Shown here one piece after another: positions 36,702-46,994 of a DNA stretch of 64,000 nucleotides; position 1 is the first letter of the stretch; every line of letters starts with the position of its first letter. This DNA is from an uncultured virus (IMG/VR IMGVR_UViG_3300046007_013272) (taxonomy: Duplodnaviria > Heunggongvirae > Uroviricota > Caudoviricetes): IMG/VR virus record IMGVR_UViG_3300046007_013272. One strand, written 5' to 3'. Under the pieces are notes generated by a model. The model was given only the letters and a program-made list of their open reading frames with translations, was not told the origin of the DNA and did no database searches. The translations under genes were made by a program, and so were the position numbers.

Positions 36702-37942
36702 TAGTAAATGTTACTTGTTTTAATTGTGGTCATCCTTGGCAAACAGATACTTTAACAGATCCTGATCCTTATTTATGTCATAATTGTGGTTTAGACAATC
36801 AAACCATGAAATATGAACCCGCAAAATTAGAAGCTTGGAAAAAAAGTCAAATGAAAGAAGAAAAAATACCCGGTGGAAAAGCTAAAGGTTTAACTTTACA
36901 AGATTTAGCAAAATATCATAAAATGCCCCTTCAATCTATAAAGAAAAAATTAGATCAGGGTATCAAAACAGAAATGGAGCATACTACAGACAAAAGTATA
37001 GCTCGCGAAATTGCTATGGATCACATTTATGAAGATCCTAACTACTATTCTAAATTAAAGAAGATTGAGACTAAAGAATTAGAAGAAGATGGCCAAAAAA
37101 CATCCGATAAAAATATGGATGATTACAAAAAGCAAAATAACCCAAGTGGTAAAGTAAAAGATCCATTTGGTTTAAGTCAATTTGCTCGTGAGTTAGCTAT
37201 GGGTTTAGAAGAAGCAGATCCTAAAACTGGTACAGGCAAAAAACCAAAAGGATCAGGTCGTAGACTCTATACAGATGAAGACCCATCAGACACTGTCTCT
37301 ATAAAATTTAAAACAAAAGAAGATATTGTAGATACACTTAACTCAGCTTCTTTTAAAGCCAAATCACACGCTCGCCAGTCTCAGGTTATTAACTTGATTC
37401 ACCAGCGTGTTAGAGCGGCTTACCAAAACGCTAAAGACCCTGAGACTAAAGCCCGTTTAAAGCGTGGTTTAGATTATATAGAAACACGTAAAGAAGCATC
37501 TAAGGAAAAAACACAGCGCCTTCAAAAACTTAAAGAAGCTGAAGGATCAGCAGTACCTTATGGATCAGGATATAAAAAATTTATCCCAGAACTCTCACAA
37601 TACATGTACGAGAATGGGATGAATATTAAACCTTTCCCTAGTGTAAAATTTATAGAAGATGATGAAGTAAATGCAAAAGATCCTTTAGGCATGACTGCCT
37701 TCTATGATCCTGCAAATGCTACAATTGTTTTATATACAATGGGGAGACACCCAAAAGATATATTACGTTCATTCGCCCACGAGATGGTGCATCACGAACA
37801 AAATTTAAATGGTGAAGTTGGAACTGGTAAAATAAAAACTACAAATACTCACGAAGATGATTATTTAGAGCAAATCGAAAGAGATGCTTACGAAAAAGGA
37901 AACATCATGCTTCGTAAATGGACAGATAGCATAAAAAAATAG
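36698..37942 (+). CDS. multidomain protein: Zn ribbon, DUF5661-like module, C-terminal HExxH metallopeptidase-like domain
   Basis: CFNC..CHNC; GIKTEMEHT..AREIAMDH..EDPNYYSKL; LRSFAHEMVHHEQ...ERDAY. Confidence 0.7.
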   Translation: MIVNVTCFNCGHPWQTDTLTDPDPYLCHNCGLDNQTMKYEPAKLEAWKKSQMKEEKIPGGKAKGLTLQDLAKYHKMPLQSIKKKLDQGIKTEMEHTTDKSIAREIAMDHIYEDPNYYSKLKKIETKELEEDGQKTSDKNMDDYKKQNNPSGKVKDPFGLSQFARELAMGLEEADPKTGTGKKPKGSGRRLYTDEDPSDTVSIKFKTKEDIVDTLNSASFKAKSHARQSQVINLIHQRVRAAYQNAKDPETKARLKRGLDYIETRKEASKEKTQRLQKLKEAEGSAVPYGSGYKKFIPELSQYMYENGMNIKPFPSVKFIEDDEVNAKDPLGMTAFYDPANATIVLYTMGRHPKDILRSFAHEMVHHEQNLNGEVGTGKIKTTNTHEDDYLEQIERDAYEKGNIMLRKWTDSIKK

Positions 37943-37946
37943 TTAT

Positions 37947-38525
37947 ATGAAAGATAATGTTTTAAAAAAAGAATTTAAAGAAAAAGATGTACAACGTCTC
38001 CGAAATCTTGTTACTAAAAAATATGGTGATAAAGTAAGTACATCTGTTGGTTTTACTAAAGAAAATTCTGAGGTACACAAAGAGGGTGATATTTGGGAAT
38101 TAGACGGGAAAACCTGGACTATTAAAGATGGTATTAAACAAAATGTTACAAAACTGGATAAAGCACGTGAAGCTGTCAACTTTCCTCTTTTTTGCCCTTC
38201 ATGTAAAAAGAAAATGAAACCCCATTTAGACAAAAAATGGTTTCAACTATACCAACACTGCTTTGATTGCCAAATAGACTTTGAAACCCACCTCAGAACT
38301 TCAGGGCAATGGGAAGCTTATCAAAAGAAAGTTAACAACCAGGGCTTAGATGGTGTTATGAAGGAATTTGAAGAATGGATAAACGAAGAAATCCAAAACC
38401 AAGATAATCAATCCTTTATTACAGAAGCGGGTGACGTTGAAAAATGGGTTGGTTCAAGTAAAAATTTACTCTTAAAACAGAAGGAAGACACTATTAAATT
38501 CCTGCAAAGTTTAAAGAAAGACTAA
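37947..38525 (+). CDS. conserved hypothetical Zn-finger protein
   Basis: EGDIWE..GKTW, CPSC and CFDC motifs. Confidence 0.75.
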   Translation: MKDNVLKKEFKEKDVQRLRNLVTKKYGDKVSTSVGFTKENSEVHKEGDIWELDGKTWTIKDGIKQNVTKLDKAREAVNFPLFCPSCKKKMKPHLDKKWFQLYQHCFDCQIDFETHLRTSGQWEAYQKKVNNQGLDGVMKEFEEWINEEIQNQDNQSFITEAGDVEKWVGSSKNLLLKQKEDTIKFLQSLKKD

Positions 38526-38543
38526 TATTTATAAGAAAACTAC

Positions 38544-38777
38544 ATGAAGTCTAATCCGGGAGACATCTTTAGAAACATTAACCGAAACGTTGGAGTAGGT
38601 CGATTTTCTAAAGACACTTACGTAAAGCAACATGTTCCACCTCCTCCACCCCAAGAAGAGGTAAAAGAAGAAATTATAGAAGAAACTAAACAAGAAGAAA
38701 ATGAACAATTTCGACGTAGCGAAGTGGAACAAACAAAGATACCTAGCAGAGGCAAATCTACTAGAAAGCACAGCTGA
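38544..38777 (+). CDS. small hypothetical protein
   Basis: Follows ATATTTAT at 38525; overlaps the next gene by 77 nt. Confidence 0.5.
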   Translation: MKSNPGDIFRNINRNVGVGRFSKDTYVKQHVPPPPPQEEVKEEIIEETKQEENEQFRRSEVEQTKIPSRGKSTRKHS

Positions 38778-39276
38778 TCAAGTAGCCACAGAAATCAATA
38801 AAGCAATCGATGTAGTAGATAAAAATCTATCTTACATGGATTTTGCTTTAGCCGTAGCTAAAATTTTAAAAGAAGAATACGGCTCTCAAAATTTTGGAGC
38901 ATTTATGAATGTTTTAAATGCTGAGTTAGGTATGAATGAGACTTTAAATGAAGCTGAATATACTTGGAAAAATGATAGAGAATTACCTAACCAAGAAGGT
39001 AGAGCTATAGGTGAACTCTCAGATCTCATATATGATTTAGAAAATTATATAAGTCCTAATATTAGAGGTTTAAGAAAAACTAAAACACTTCAAGGATTAG
39101 CAACAAGTTTAGCAGCTGATGAAATTAGAGGATTTGTATCTGTGTATAGAGATGATTTAGCTGGAATTAAAGTTTTTCAACAAGGTAATAATGCTACTTG
39201 GGAACCAATTTGGAAAGATAAAGAACCAACAAGCATATCAGGACCAGACCCAAGAGGAGCAGGCTCACTTGATTAA
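38701..39276 (+). CDS. putative internal head protein
   Basis: MNNFDVAKW..RYLAE leader; LLES and MNETLNEA motifs. Confidence 0.6.
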   Translation: MNNFDVAKWNKQRYLAEANLLESTADQVATEINKAIDVVDKNLSYMDFALAVAKILKEEYGSQNFGAFMNVLNAELGMNETLNEAEYTWKNDRELPNQEGRAIGELSDLIYDLENYISPNIRGLRKTKTLQGLATSLAADEIRGFVSVYRDDLAGIKVFQQGNNATWEPIWKDKEPTSISGPDPRGAGSLD

Positions 39277-39285
39277 AAATATTAT

Positions 39286-41325
39286 ATGGAACCTTTAGGA
39301 CTTAAAATAAAAAAAGCTTTATCCCGTTTAAAACAAACAGACAACTATCTCTTCAGAAAACCTGAAAGAGAATGGGATTACGATGACTTAAGCTTAGTTA
39401 AATCATTTTTAAAGACTGCAAGAGTAGAAGAAGATTATACAATGGAAAATTTAAATAAAATACAAGAATTTTTTTCTAAACCTTTAGAAGAAATGATGTC
39501 TTTAGATGATCAAGCTAAAGCATATTATCTTGAAAAATTTAAAAAAGGTGAAATTAGTTCTCTACCTGAAGACCCTAAAGCAGCATTTTTAAATCAAATG
39601 ACGAAAGACGAAATGGAAAAAGACGCAGCTCAATATCGTAGAGAAACAGGTTTAGAAGAAGTTAGTGCTGAATACTCAAGAAAAAATAAAAGACCTATTA
39701 AAGTAGGTGATATTGTAGGTAATACAGTTCAAGGCTTCGATTTCAAAGTATTAGCTATTCAAGATGATAAGATGAAAGTTAAAAATACTATAACCGGTAA
39801 AGAATCTATTACCGATATAGATAATATGCGTCTTTTATCTACAGATAACTCAGTAAAAGAAGGTGGAAAATGGGGTTATCAAGAAGCAGCAAAAAATATG
39901 ATCAAATTCCTCCAAAGCCAATTAGATAATATGGGTGTGGAATATGATATGGATCCTAAAAGTCTATCTCAACCATTTACAGCAATTTATAAACCTGAAA
40001 ATCAATCAGAGGAATTGAATGCTAAATTTGAAGATTTCATCGAAAAAGCTAATCTTAAAAGTGTTGTAAAAACATCAATGAAAGAAGGTGAATTAAATGA
40101 AGCTTATGTTCCTTCAAATATTGCTGAATTTGCTAAAAGAAAAGGTGTTTCATCTTTAGTTAAAACTGTAGCGGGTTGGGCTGAAAAAGTAGGTAAAAGA
40201 ATTGTCGGTGGAACCGCAATTGGTAAAAACTACGACACTCTTATTTTAGATATGACCTTCCAAGGTTCAGAAATTCGTATTAATACAGAATACGAAACTG
40301 TAGAATTATACGATGAACCAGTTCGCACATTTGCTCAGTTTAAGAGTGTATACGAAGAAAATCAAGAAGAAAATTTAGACGAAGCTACCAACGATCCAAG
40401 AATAAGTAATCCTAAATTTGGTCCCGCTCCTAAACAATTTGCAGATTTAAGAGCAAAATTAGGTGACGAATCACTTTTGGATAAAATCCAAATGATTAAT
40501 GTTAATACTTTAAGAGAACTTTTAGACGAATTAGATTCATATAATCTTGAAGAGGATAAAAACAGCACCTACAACGAATATTCAGAAGTAGGATATAAAA
40601 AAGTAGGTGAAGCAATGGGTGGTCAATTAGACGAAAGATACTTTATTGAAGTATCAGTTCGTGATGCTCGTAAAGCATTAGATATATTTAGAGATCAATA
40701 TAGTGATTTTCCTATTGAACTATATGGTTCAAATGTTTACGCCTCTAACAACTTAAATGGTATTTACGATTTTTACTACGATTTAATGTCTCAAGATATT
40801 GAAGTCCTCGACAGTAGTGATTTTGATGAAGACGATTTTGAAGAAGAAGATTACGAAGAAACCGACTACATGAAAAGACGTTCTGGTGATTATAGTGAGG
40901 ATGAATTTGAACAATCTGACTATATGAGACGTAGAATGGATGAGGTAACTAAAGGATTTGGAGATAGAATTTCGGCTGAAACTTTCTCTAAATTAAAAGG
41001 TAAAATGGTAAATTATTATGGTAACAGATATAAAGTATTAGATTCTGACGAATATACCATAACCATTCAAGATGAAGATGGAGAAACTAGAACTATAAAT
41101 CTCAATCAATTCATCCAGAAAGGACTTATCCCAGAATTAAAGAAAAAACTTCAAGAAACTATTAAATTAGGTGAAGGAATGATATATGAGGAACTTTGCC
41201 CTGCTGGTAAAGCATATATTAAAAGAAGAAAAGCAGCTGGTGAAAAATCATCCGCTTATCTCTCAGGTCGCGCTGTTAAAGTATGTAAAGGGCAAATGTC
41301 TGGTAGATCTAAAAAGAAAAAATAA
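39286..41325 (+). CDS. acidic modular protein, putative processed internal head polyprotein
   Basis: Segments delimited by LEE/LNE/LDE motifs; basic Cys-containing C-terminal module. Confidence 0.65.
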   Translation: MEPLGLKIKKALSRLKQTDNYLFRKPEREWDYDDLSLVKSFLKTARVEEDYTMENLNKIQEFFSKPLEEMMSLDDQAKAYYLEKFKKGEISSLPEDPKAAFLNQMTKDEMEKDAAQYRRETGLEEVSAEYSRKNKRPIKVGDIVGNTVQGFDFKVLAIQDDKMKVKNTITGKESITDIDNMRLLSTDNSVKEGGKWGYQEAAKNMIKFLQSQLDNMGVEYDMDPKSLSQPFTAIYKPENQSEELNAKFEDFIEKANLKSVVKTSMKEGELNEAYVPSNIAEFAKRKGVSSLVKTVAGWAEKVGKRIVGGTAIGKNYDTLILDMTFQGSEIRINTEYETVELYDEPVRTFAQFKSVYEENQEENLDEATNDPRISNPKFGPAPKQFADLRAKLGDESLLDKIQMINVNTLRELLDELDSYNLEEDKNSTYNEYSEVGYKKVGEAMGGQLDERYFIEVSVRDARKALDIFRDQYSDFPIELYGSNVYASNNLNGIYDFYYDLMSQDIEVLDSSDFDEDDFEEEDYEETDYMKRRSGDYSEDEFEQSDYMRRRMDEVTKGFGDRISAETFSKLKGKMVNYYGNRYKVLDSDEYTITIQDEDGETRTINLNQFIQKGLIPELKKKLQETIKLGEGMIYEELCPAGKAYIKRRKAAGEKSSAYLSGRAVKVCKGQMSGRSKKKK

Positions 41326-41765
41326 TGGATAATTTTGATATAAAAAGATACTTACAAGAAGGTAAGCTTTATGAAGCTTTAATGGCTTGTCCTCTCCCAA
41401 CTCAAGACCTTGAGTTAAATACTCAAAACAGGGACTCAGCTATTAAAGCAGATTATATCAAATATGGTCCTTTAAATGTTGACGAACCTGGAGATTTCTG
41501 GGACGAGTTAGCTGAACATTGGGATACAACAGTTGAAGCAGCTAAACAATCACTTTGTGGTAATTGTGCTGCTTTTGATATTTCTCCTAGAATGGAAGAT
41601 TGTATGCCTGGTCCTCTATCAGATGATGATGGAAGATTAGGATATTGCTGGATGCATAGTTTTAAATGCCATTCAGCTCGTACTTGTAGAACATGGGCTA
41701 AAGGTGGTCCTATTGTAAAAGATACTATCTCTTACGAATGGCAAGAACGTAAAGGAGAAAAATAA
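41325..41765 (+). CDS. Cys-rich hypothetical protein
   Basis: CGNCAAF...GYC...FKCHSARTC; MDNFDIKRYLQE leader. Confidence 0.7.
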   Translation: MDNFDIKRYLQEGKLYEALMACPLPTQDLELNTQNRDSAIKADYIKYGPLNVDEPGDFWDELAEHWDTTVEAAKQSLCGNCAAFDISPRMEDCMPGPLSDDDGRLGYCWMHSFKCHSARTCRTWAKGGPIVKDTISYEWQERKGEK

Positions 41766-42058
41766 TGACCCACGAACGTCTACAAGAGCTAATTTCAGAG
41801 TCACTACGCGACTGGTTCAAAAAAGAGGACTGGGTGCGTATTGATACTCAAGGTAATATTACAGGCCCTTGTGGTACTATGAAAAAAGGTGATGCAACTA
41901 CACGTTGCTTACCTCGTAAAAAAGCTCAATCGTTATCTAAAGCCGAACGTGCTAAAACATCTCGTAAAAAAGCAGCAGCATCACGTAAAGGTAAACAATT
42001 TGTTTCTAACACAGAAAAAGCAAAATACAAAAAAGGAACATATCAGTCCAAAAAATAA
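41765..42058 (+). CDS. small basic phage protein (LRDWFKKEDWV...CG...CLP)
   Basis: Motif recurrent in large phages; LISE leader. Confidence 0.65.
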   Translation: MTHERLQELISESLRDWFKKEDWVRIDTQGNITGPCGTMKKGDATTRCLPRKKAQSLSKAERAKTSRKKAAASRKGKQFVSNTEKAKYKKGTYQSKK

Positions 42059-42072
42059 CATATTTATCACAT

Positions 42073-42465
42073 ATGAAACTATCAGACTTTAAACAACTCA
42101 TCAAAGAAGCCATCGAAGAGGAAGCAGGGCAAATTGCCGAAGTGCAAAGTATTCCTGTAGACGAGATTGGTAAATTCTTTATCGTTGAAAAACCAGACCA
42201 AAACTCAGAAATGGAAGACGTAGTATACGAATTAACTCTTCCAGAATTTGCTCTTCAAATTAAAGGTGGCTTAGAAATTAAAAACATCTTAGGTGTTTAT
42301 AAGCAAAAGTCTGATGCACGTAGAGCGGGAACTGAGGCGTTAAAAGCTTATCAAGATTCTATTAAAGAAATGAAGGATGCTATGGAAGCTTTCCGTACTG
42401 CTAAAAACGAAGTTGCTGATAAGAAAAAAACAGCTGCTGAACTTATTAAAAAATTAAAGCAATGA
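42073..42465 (+). CDS. putative internal head protein
   Basis: MKLSDFKQLIKEAIEE leader; ATATTTAT upstream. Confidence 0.65.
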   Translation: MKLSDFKQLIKEAIEEEAGQIAEVQSIPVDEIGKFFIVEKPDQNSEMEDVVYELTLPEFALQIKGGLEIKNILGVYKQKSDARRAGTEALKAYQDSIKEMKDAMEAFRTAKNEVADKKKTAAELIKKLKQ

Positions 42466-43862
42466 ACAACTTTAATCTAACAAATTATTTGTCTAAAAAT
42501 AGACTTACTGAAGCAATTGAGCTTATCTCATTATACCCTAAAAACCCGGATAAAGTTGCTCAAAAAGTAGCTGATCATTTTACTGAAACAGACGATTTAG
42601 GTCTTATATATTCGGTTCAACCTGGATCATTACAAATGGACTCTAGAGGAGCTTACTTTGATCTTGATACAAAAGCAGGACCTAATACTCCAGGTGAAGA
42701 TTGGAAAGATATTAACGGATTTGGTATTGAAAATTACTTAGGTGATTACGCTGGTGGCTCTTTTATTATCAAGTCAGAAGAAGGTCTTGATGAAGACTTT
42801 TTTGTAATTCGCAATTTAGCTAATAAAAGTGCTAAAGTGGGTTCAGTAACTCCTGAAGGTGAAGTAATATTCTCAACACAAGAAGATAATCTAGAAGAAG
42901 CTATTTCAGGTATGGATGTAGAAAAAATGATCAAAACCTATAATATTGGTAAAGACACTAGATTAGTGTTTGTAGGTGATAATAAAACTTATTACGTTAA
43001 AAACATAGCACCTGACAGAGAATCTGTTTTTGTTACTATCGACGGCTCAACAACATTTAAAAAGCCTTTAAGTAAAGTAACTAAAGTAGATGGCAAGATG
43101 ATTAAAGAAATGAAATCAAATAAAATGACAAAAGAAGAATTAAAAGAAATGATTCGTCAAAATATCTTAAACGAATTAGCAGAAGAAATTACTGAAGATT
43201 CAGATATGGAATTTGGCGATCCTGATGTAGGTTTATCTAAATTATACTCTGATTTCTATGAGGGTTTAGAAGAAGCAGAAGAAGAAGTAACAGACGTAGA
43301 AAAAGTTGACGTTAATGTTGACGAACCAGCAGCACCTGCAGCTGAAGAACCTACTCTTACAGATACAGAAAAAGAAATTCAAGGTCACCTTGACCAAGCT
43401 CTACAAGCTGCTCAAGAAATAGGCAACGAAAAACTCATCCAGCAGATTGGTAACACAATTACCTTCTTTACTCGTGATTTCGTAGTTAAAGAAGCTGAAG
43501 GTGATTTAGTAAAAAATATTGGTAAGGGGTTAGAATATGAAGCAACCGAAGAAATGATTCGTGATTATGCTCAACACCTAATGGATGAAGGATCTTATGA
43601 TGTTGAGGAATTAGCACAATCATACTTAGATATGCCCAGATCATTCCCTAGACAATTAGACTACACTTTCTTTAAAAATAACTATGATGATATCTTATCA
43701 GTAGCTATGACTGGATTAGGTGAAGGTAAAAAAGAATACTACAAAGATGCTGAAGCTGATGATGCTGAACATATTGACGCTTTAGAAAAAGACATGAAAG
43801 ATGATAAAAAATCTTCAATGAATGAATCAATGTTTCCATTATTCAAAAAAATAATTAAATAA
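42462..43862 (+). CDS. acidic modular protein, putative processed internal head polyprotein
   Basis: MNNFNLTNYL..RLTEA leader; LEEA, IKE, LNE, GLEEA and MNES boundaries. Confidence 0.65.
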   Translation: MNNFNLTNYLSKNRLTEAIELISLYPKNPDKVAQKVADHFTETDDLGLIYSVQPGSLQMDSRGAYFDLDTKAGPNTPGEDWKDINGFGIENYLGDYAGGSFIIKSEEGLDEDFFVIRNLANKSAKVGSVTPEGEVIFSTQEDNLEEAISGMDVEKMIKTYNIGKDTRLVFVGDNKTYYVKNIAPDRESVFVTIDGSTTFKKPLSKVTKVDGKMIKEMKSNKMTKEELKEMIRQNILNELAEEITEDSDMEFGDPDVGLSKLYSDFYEGLEEAEEEVTDVEKVDVNVDEPAAPAAEEPTLTDTEKEIQGHLDQALQAAQEIGNEKLIQQIGNTITFFTRDFVVKEAEGDLVKNIGKGLEYEATEEMIRDYAQHLMDEGSYDVEELAQSYLDMPRSFPRQLDYTFFKNNYDDILSVAMTGLGEGKKEYYKDAEADDAEHIDALEKDMKDDKKSSMNESMFPLFKKIIK

Positions 43863-43881
43863 TCTATAAATAATCAAAATT

Positions 43882-44055
43882 ATGAACACAACTGAAATTT
43901 TCGAAAAAATTGAAGCTTTATACGAAACTTTTAAAGCAGAACACGCAGGTAAATCTAAAGCAGCACACGGACGTGCACGTAAAGTTTTAGGTGAAATTAA
44001 AAAACTTGTAACTGAATATCGTCAAGCTTCTGTAGCTGAAGATAAAGCAAAATAA
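43882..44055 (+). CDS. histone H1-like (Hc1-family) small protein
   Basis: Read by eye: GKSKAAHGRARKVLGEIKKLVTEYRQAS matches the Bacteroidota Hc1-like pattern. Confidence 0.7.
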   Translation: MNTTEIFEKIEALYETFKAEHAGKSKAAHGRARKVLGEIKKLVTEYRQASVAEDKAK

Positions 44056-44058
44056 ACT

Positions 44059-45798
44059 ATGCTCAACGAACGCAGTCTTACCAAAGCTGAAGAAAAGCGT
44101 AAGGAAGAGATCGTAAAAGATCTTAAATCCAATAAACGCGAATTTGTCAAGCGTTATGGTAAGGATGCTGAAAGCGTTATGTACGGAACAGCTGTAAAAC
44201 GTGCTAAAAAACAAGTCAAAGAAATGAACGAAAATAGAATTAAAGAAGCTGTTAAAGCAGCTTTAATGAAAAAAGAAGGAGTCAAAGAAGAAAGAATGGA
44301 ATACTTTGAACCTGAAGATTACGAAGCAATGAGAGATCTCCAGGACGCTTCTGCTATGATGGACGCTATCGAAGACTTGTATAAAAAAGCTAAGGCGTTA
44401 GGGTATGGTCCTGACGTTAAAAAGTTAGTAGCTGATTTAGACGAAGAGCTAAAAAACCCTAAAAAAGCCGACTTAAATAAAGACGGCGAACTTTCTTCTT
44501 ATGAAGAAAAACGTGGTGAAGCTATTGAAAAAGCAATAGCTAAAAAAGGCGTTAAAGAAACTAAAGGACTTAGAAAAATCACTGGTCCTACTGGTGATTC
44601 TGAAGTGCAAGCTTTAACCCCACAAGAAGAAGAAGAATTAAAAAGAGTAGGAGCTAAAGTAACACCTATGGAAGGAAAATACGACCCAGACCAAGCTCAA
44701 TTAGATGACGAAGATGAAATTTTTATGTCATATGATGACGAAGGAAGACCTTTAGAAGAAAAAAATATGTCTAAATATAAAGTAGGAGATAAAATCAAAT
44801 GGAGTTCTCCCAAAGGTGAAGTTGAAGATGAAATAGCCGGAATTGATGGTATATATCTTAAATTAAAATCAGGAGGTTCTATTCCTTATCAATCCGTAGT
44901 TTCTGAAGATCTTGACTTAGGCCACGAAGACGACGAACCACACATGATCAAGGGCGAACTATATCGTATTGGAAAATATGCTATGGAGCTTTACCAGATG
45001 GTAGATCAATTTGAAGGTATGGGTGAAGTAGACTTCCCAGCATGGTGGCAAGCTATGATCACAGATGCTGCTTCTAAAATGAGTAAAGCTAAACACTATC
45101 TTGATTTCGAACTAAAAGAACCAGAAATCGATGCTATGGTAGGTGTTGCTTCTGCCGAAGACGTTATTGATGAAGAAAAAATTAGTGGCGAAGAAAAACT
45201 AGCAGCTGCTATTCAAAAAGCATTAAACAAAAACAAATCAGCCGACGACCAAAACAACATCAAACAAGCTAGAAAAGCTATGAATGATGGTAATATGGAA
45301 GCTGCTAAAAAAATCTTAAAACCATACTTAGAAGAAGGTTTACCTAAAGGCTACTGGTCTAAAAAGATTCCTGGAGGTAAAATGGAAGAATCTAACGTAA
45401 ATGAAAGTTTTTTAGCTGTAAGTACAAAAGGTGCTATTAAAGATGAAAATTTAGATTCATTTATCTCAAAAATGGAAGCTGCTGGTTATAAGTTAGCTAA
45501 AATATTAGGTCCTGAAGATAATCTTTATAAAGACCACCCAATCATTGACCACACTTGGACATATGGTTTACCTAAATTTAATGATATTATAGGTCCTATG
45601 AAAGATGGAGATCGTTTTAGATACGAAGATCAAGAAACTTATAATAGAATGTCTTTGGAAGAATCATACGAGAAATTAGTTAAAAAAATCAAAGGTCAAG
45701 GTAAATCTGAAAAAGCAGCCAAAGCAATTGCCGGTGCTGTAGCAGCATACAAAGCAAAAGGTGGAGGTAAAGGCCCAACTGCTAAACAGAAAAAATAA
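44059..45798 (+). CDS. acidic modular protein, putative processed internal head polyprotein
   Basis: Many x-x-E boundaries; EF-hand-like DLNKDGELSSYE; basic C-terminal module. Confidence 0.65.
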   Translation: MLNERSLTKAEEKRKEEIVKDLKSNKREFVKRYGKDAESVMYGTAVKRAKKQVKEMNENRIKEAVKAALMKKEGVKEERMEYFEPEDYEAMRDLQDASAMMDAIEDLYKKAKALGYGPDVKKLVADLDEELKNPKKADLNKDGELSSYEEKRGEAIEKAIAKKGVKETKGLRKITGPTGDSEVQALTPQEEEELKRVGAKVTPMEGKYDPDQAQLDDEDEIFMSYDDEGRPLEEKNMSKYKVGDKIKWSSPKGEVEDEIAGIDGIYLKLKSGGSIPYQSVVSEDLDLGHEDDEPHMIKGELYRIGKYAMELYQMVDQFEGMGEVDFPAWWQAMITDAASKMSKAKHYLDFELKEPEIDAMVGVASAEDVIDEEKISGEEKLAAAIQKALNKNKSADDQNNIKQARKAMNDGNMEAAKKILKPYLEEGLPKGYWSKKIPGGKMEESNVNESFLAVSTKGAIKDENLDSFISKMEAAGYKLAKILGPEDNLYKDHPIIDHTWTYGLPKFNDIIGPMKDGDRFRYEDQETYNRMSLEESYEKLVKKIKGQGKSEKAAKAIAGAVAAYKAKGGGKGPTAKQKK

Positions 45799-46262
45799 TG
45801 ACAGCTGAAGAACTTAAAGAAAAAATTAAAGTAGTTGCTCGCCAAGTCTACGGAAAGCCCAAAGGAGCTATCTCAGACTATGGCGAAACAGCTTCTGACG
45901 AGCTGACTAAATTTCCTGAATTAAAGGACATTTTAGTAAAGCTTATGACAGCAGACTTTAAAGTTTTTGTCGATAGCATCGATTGGGTTGCTCCTAAGCC
46001 TACTACGTTTCGTATAAACCTTAAAAACGGGCAAACATTCTATCTTATATACACTACTAAGAGTTGGATTGCTCAAATTGAAGGTAAAAAATATTACTTG
46101 TTAAACATTAACGAGTTACAAAATGGAACAAATGCTATTTCTCGTATTTTAAGATACGGAACTAAAGAAGAAGCAACTGAAACTAAAACCGAAACTACTA
46201 CAACTGCTACTGAAAAATCTATAGAAACTCCGGCAGCCGGTGAAGAAACAGCAGCTGCATAA
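45798..46262 (+). CDS. conserved hypothetical protein
   Basis: WVAPKPTTFRINLKNG motif. Confidence 0.7.
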   Translation: MTAEELKEKIKVVARQVYGKPKGAISDYGETASDELTKFPELKDILVKLMTADFKVFVDSIDWVAPKPTTFRINLKNGQTFYLIYTTKSWIAQIEGKKYYLLNINELQNGTNAISRILRYGTKEEATETKTETTTTATEKSIETPAAGEETAAA

Positions 46263-46273
46263 TATTTATTATC

Positions 46274-46798
46274 ATGAATTTAACAGATATTTACAAAAAT
46301 ATTCAAGAGGTTAAAGTTGACGACCCTGAATTAACAGCTCAAATTAAAGAATTTGCAGAATTATCTGACGAGATCGATCAGATAACTGCTAAACTTAAAT
46401 TATTAGAGAAAAGATATAAGGGTCTAGAAGAAGTTATTCGTCCTGTTTTAGACGAACTCGACGAGACTAAAGACAAAGCTCTTGAAGTTGAAAATATTCT
46501 TGTTACTATCAAGAGAAAAGGCTATGAAAGAACTTCATTCGCTTATAAAGAAGCTTTAGATTGGGTTAAAGAAAGAATTAACCCAGCCATGAGAAAAATT
46601 GTTGACGATTCAATTGAAGCGACAGCAAAAACATCTCGTATTGCTTCTACAATCGGTGTTCAGAAAATTGAAGAACAAAGTGTTTTAGACAGAATCGTTA
46701 ATACTCTAAAAGGATATTGGTCTAAAATTACTCAAAGATTGAGCGCGGCCAATAATAAACTAAGTAGAGATATAGATGCACTTAAAGCAAAGGTTTAA
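46274..46798 (+). CDS. coiled-coil hypothetical protein
   Basis: MNLTDIYKNIQE leader; ATATTTAT upstream. Confidence 0.7.
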   Translation: MNLTDIYKNIQEVKVDDPELTAQIKEFAELSDEIDQITAKLKLLEKRYKGLEEVIRPVLDELDETKDKALEVENILVTIKRKGYERTSFAYKEALDWVKERINPAMRKIVDDSIEATAKTSRIASTIGVQKIEEQSVLDRIVNTLKGYWSKITQRLSAANNKLSRDIDALKAKV

Positions 46799-46994
46799 TA
46801 AATTTGAAAACGAAGTTTACGCTAGAATTTTAGATTACTGGTTAGAACTTAGTTTGGGTTATATTGATTTTAATAAGGAAGCCGATAAAAATCTTATCAA
46901 GCATTTAGGGCTTCTAGAATCAGATTACTTTATACTAGAAAAATTCTACAACAATAGGTTGGCATCTTAAAGATGCCTTCTTATTTTCAAGTAG

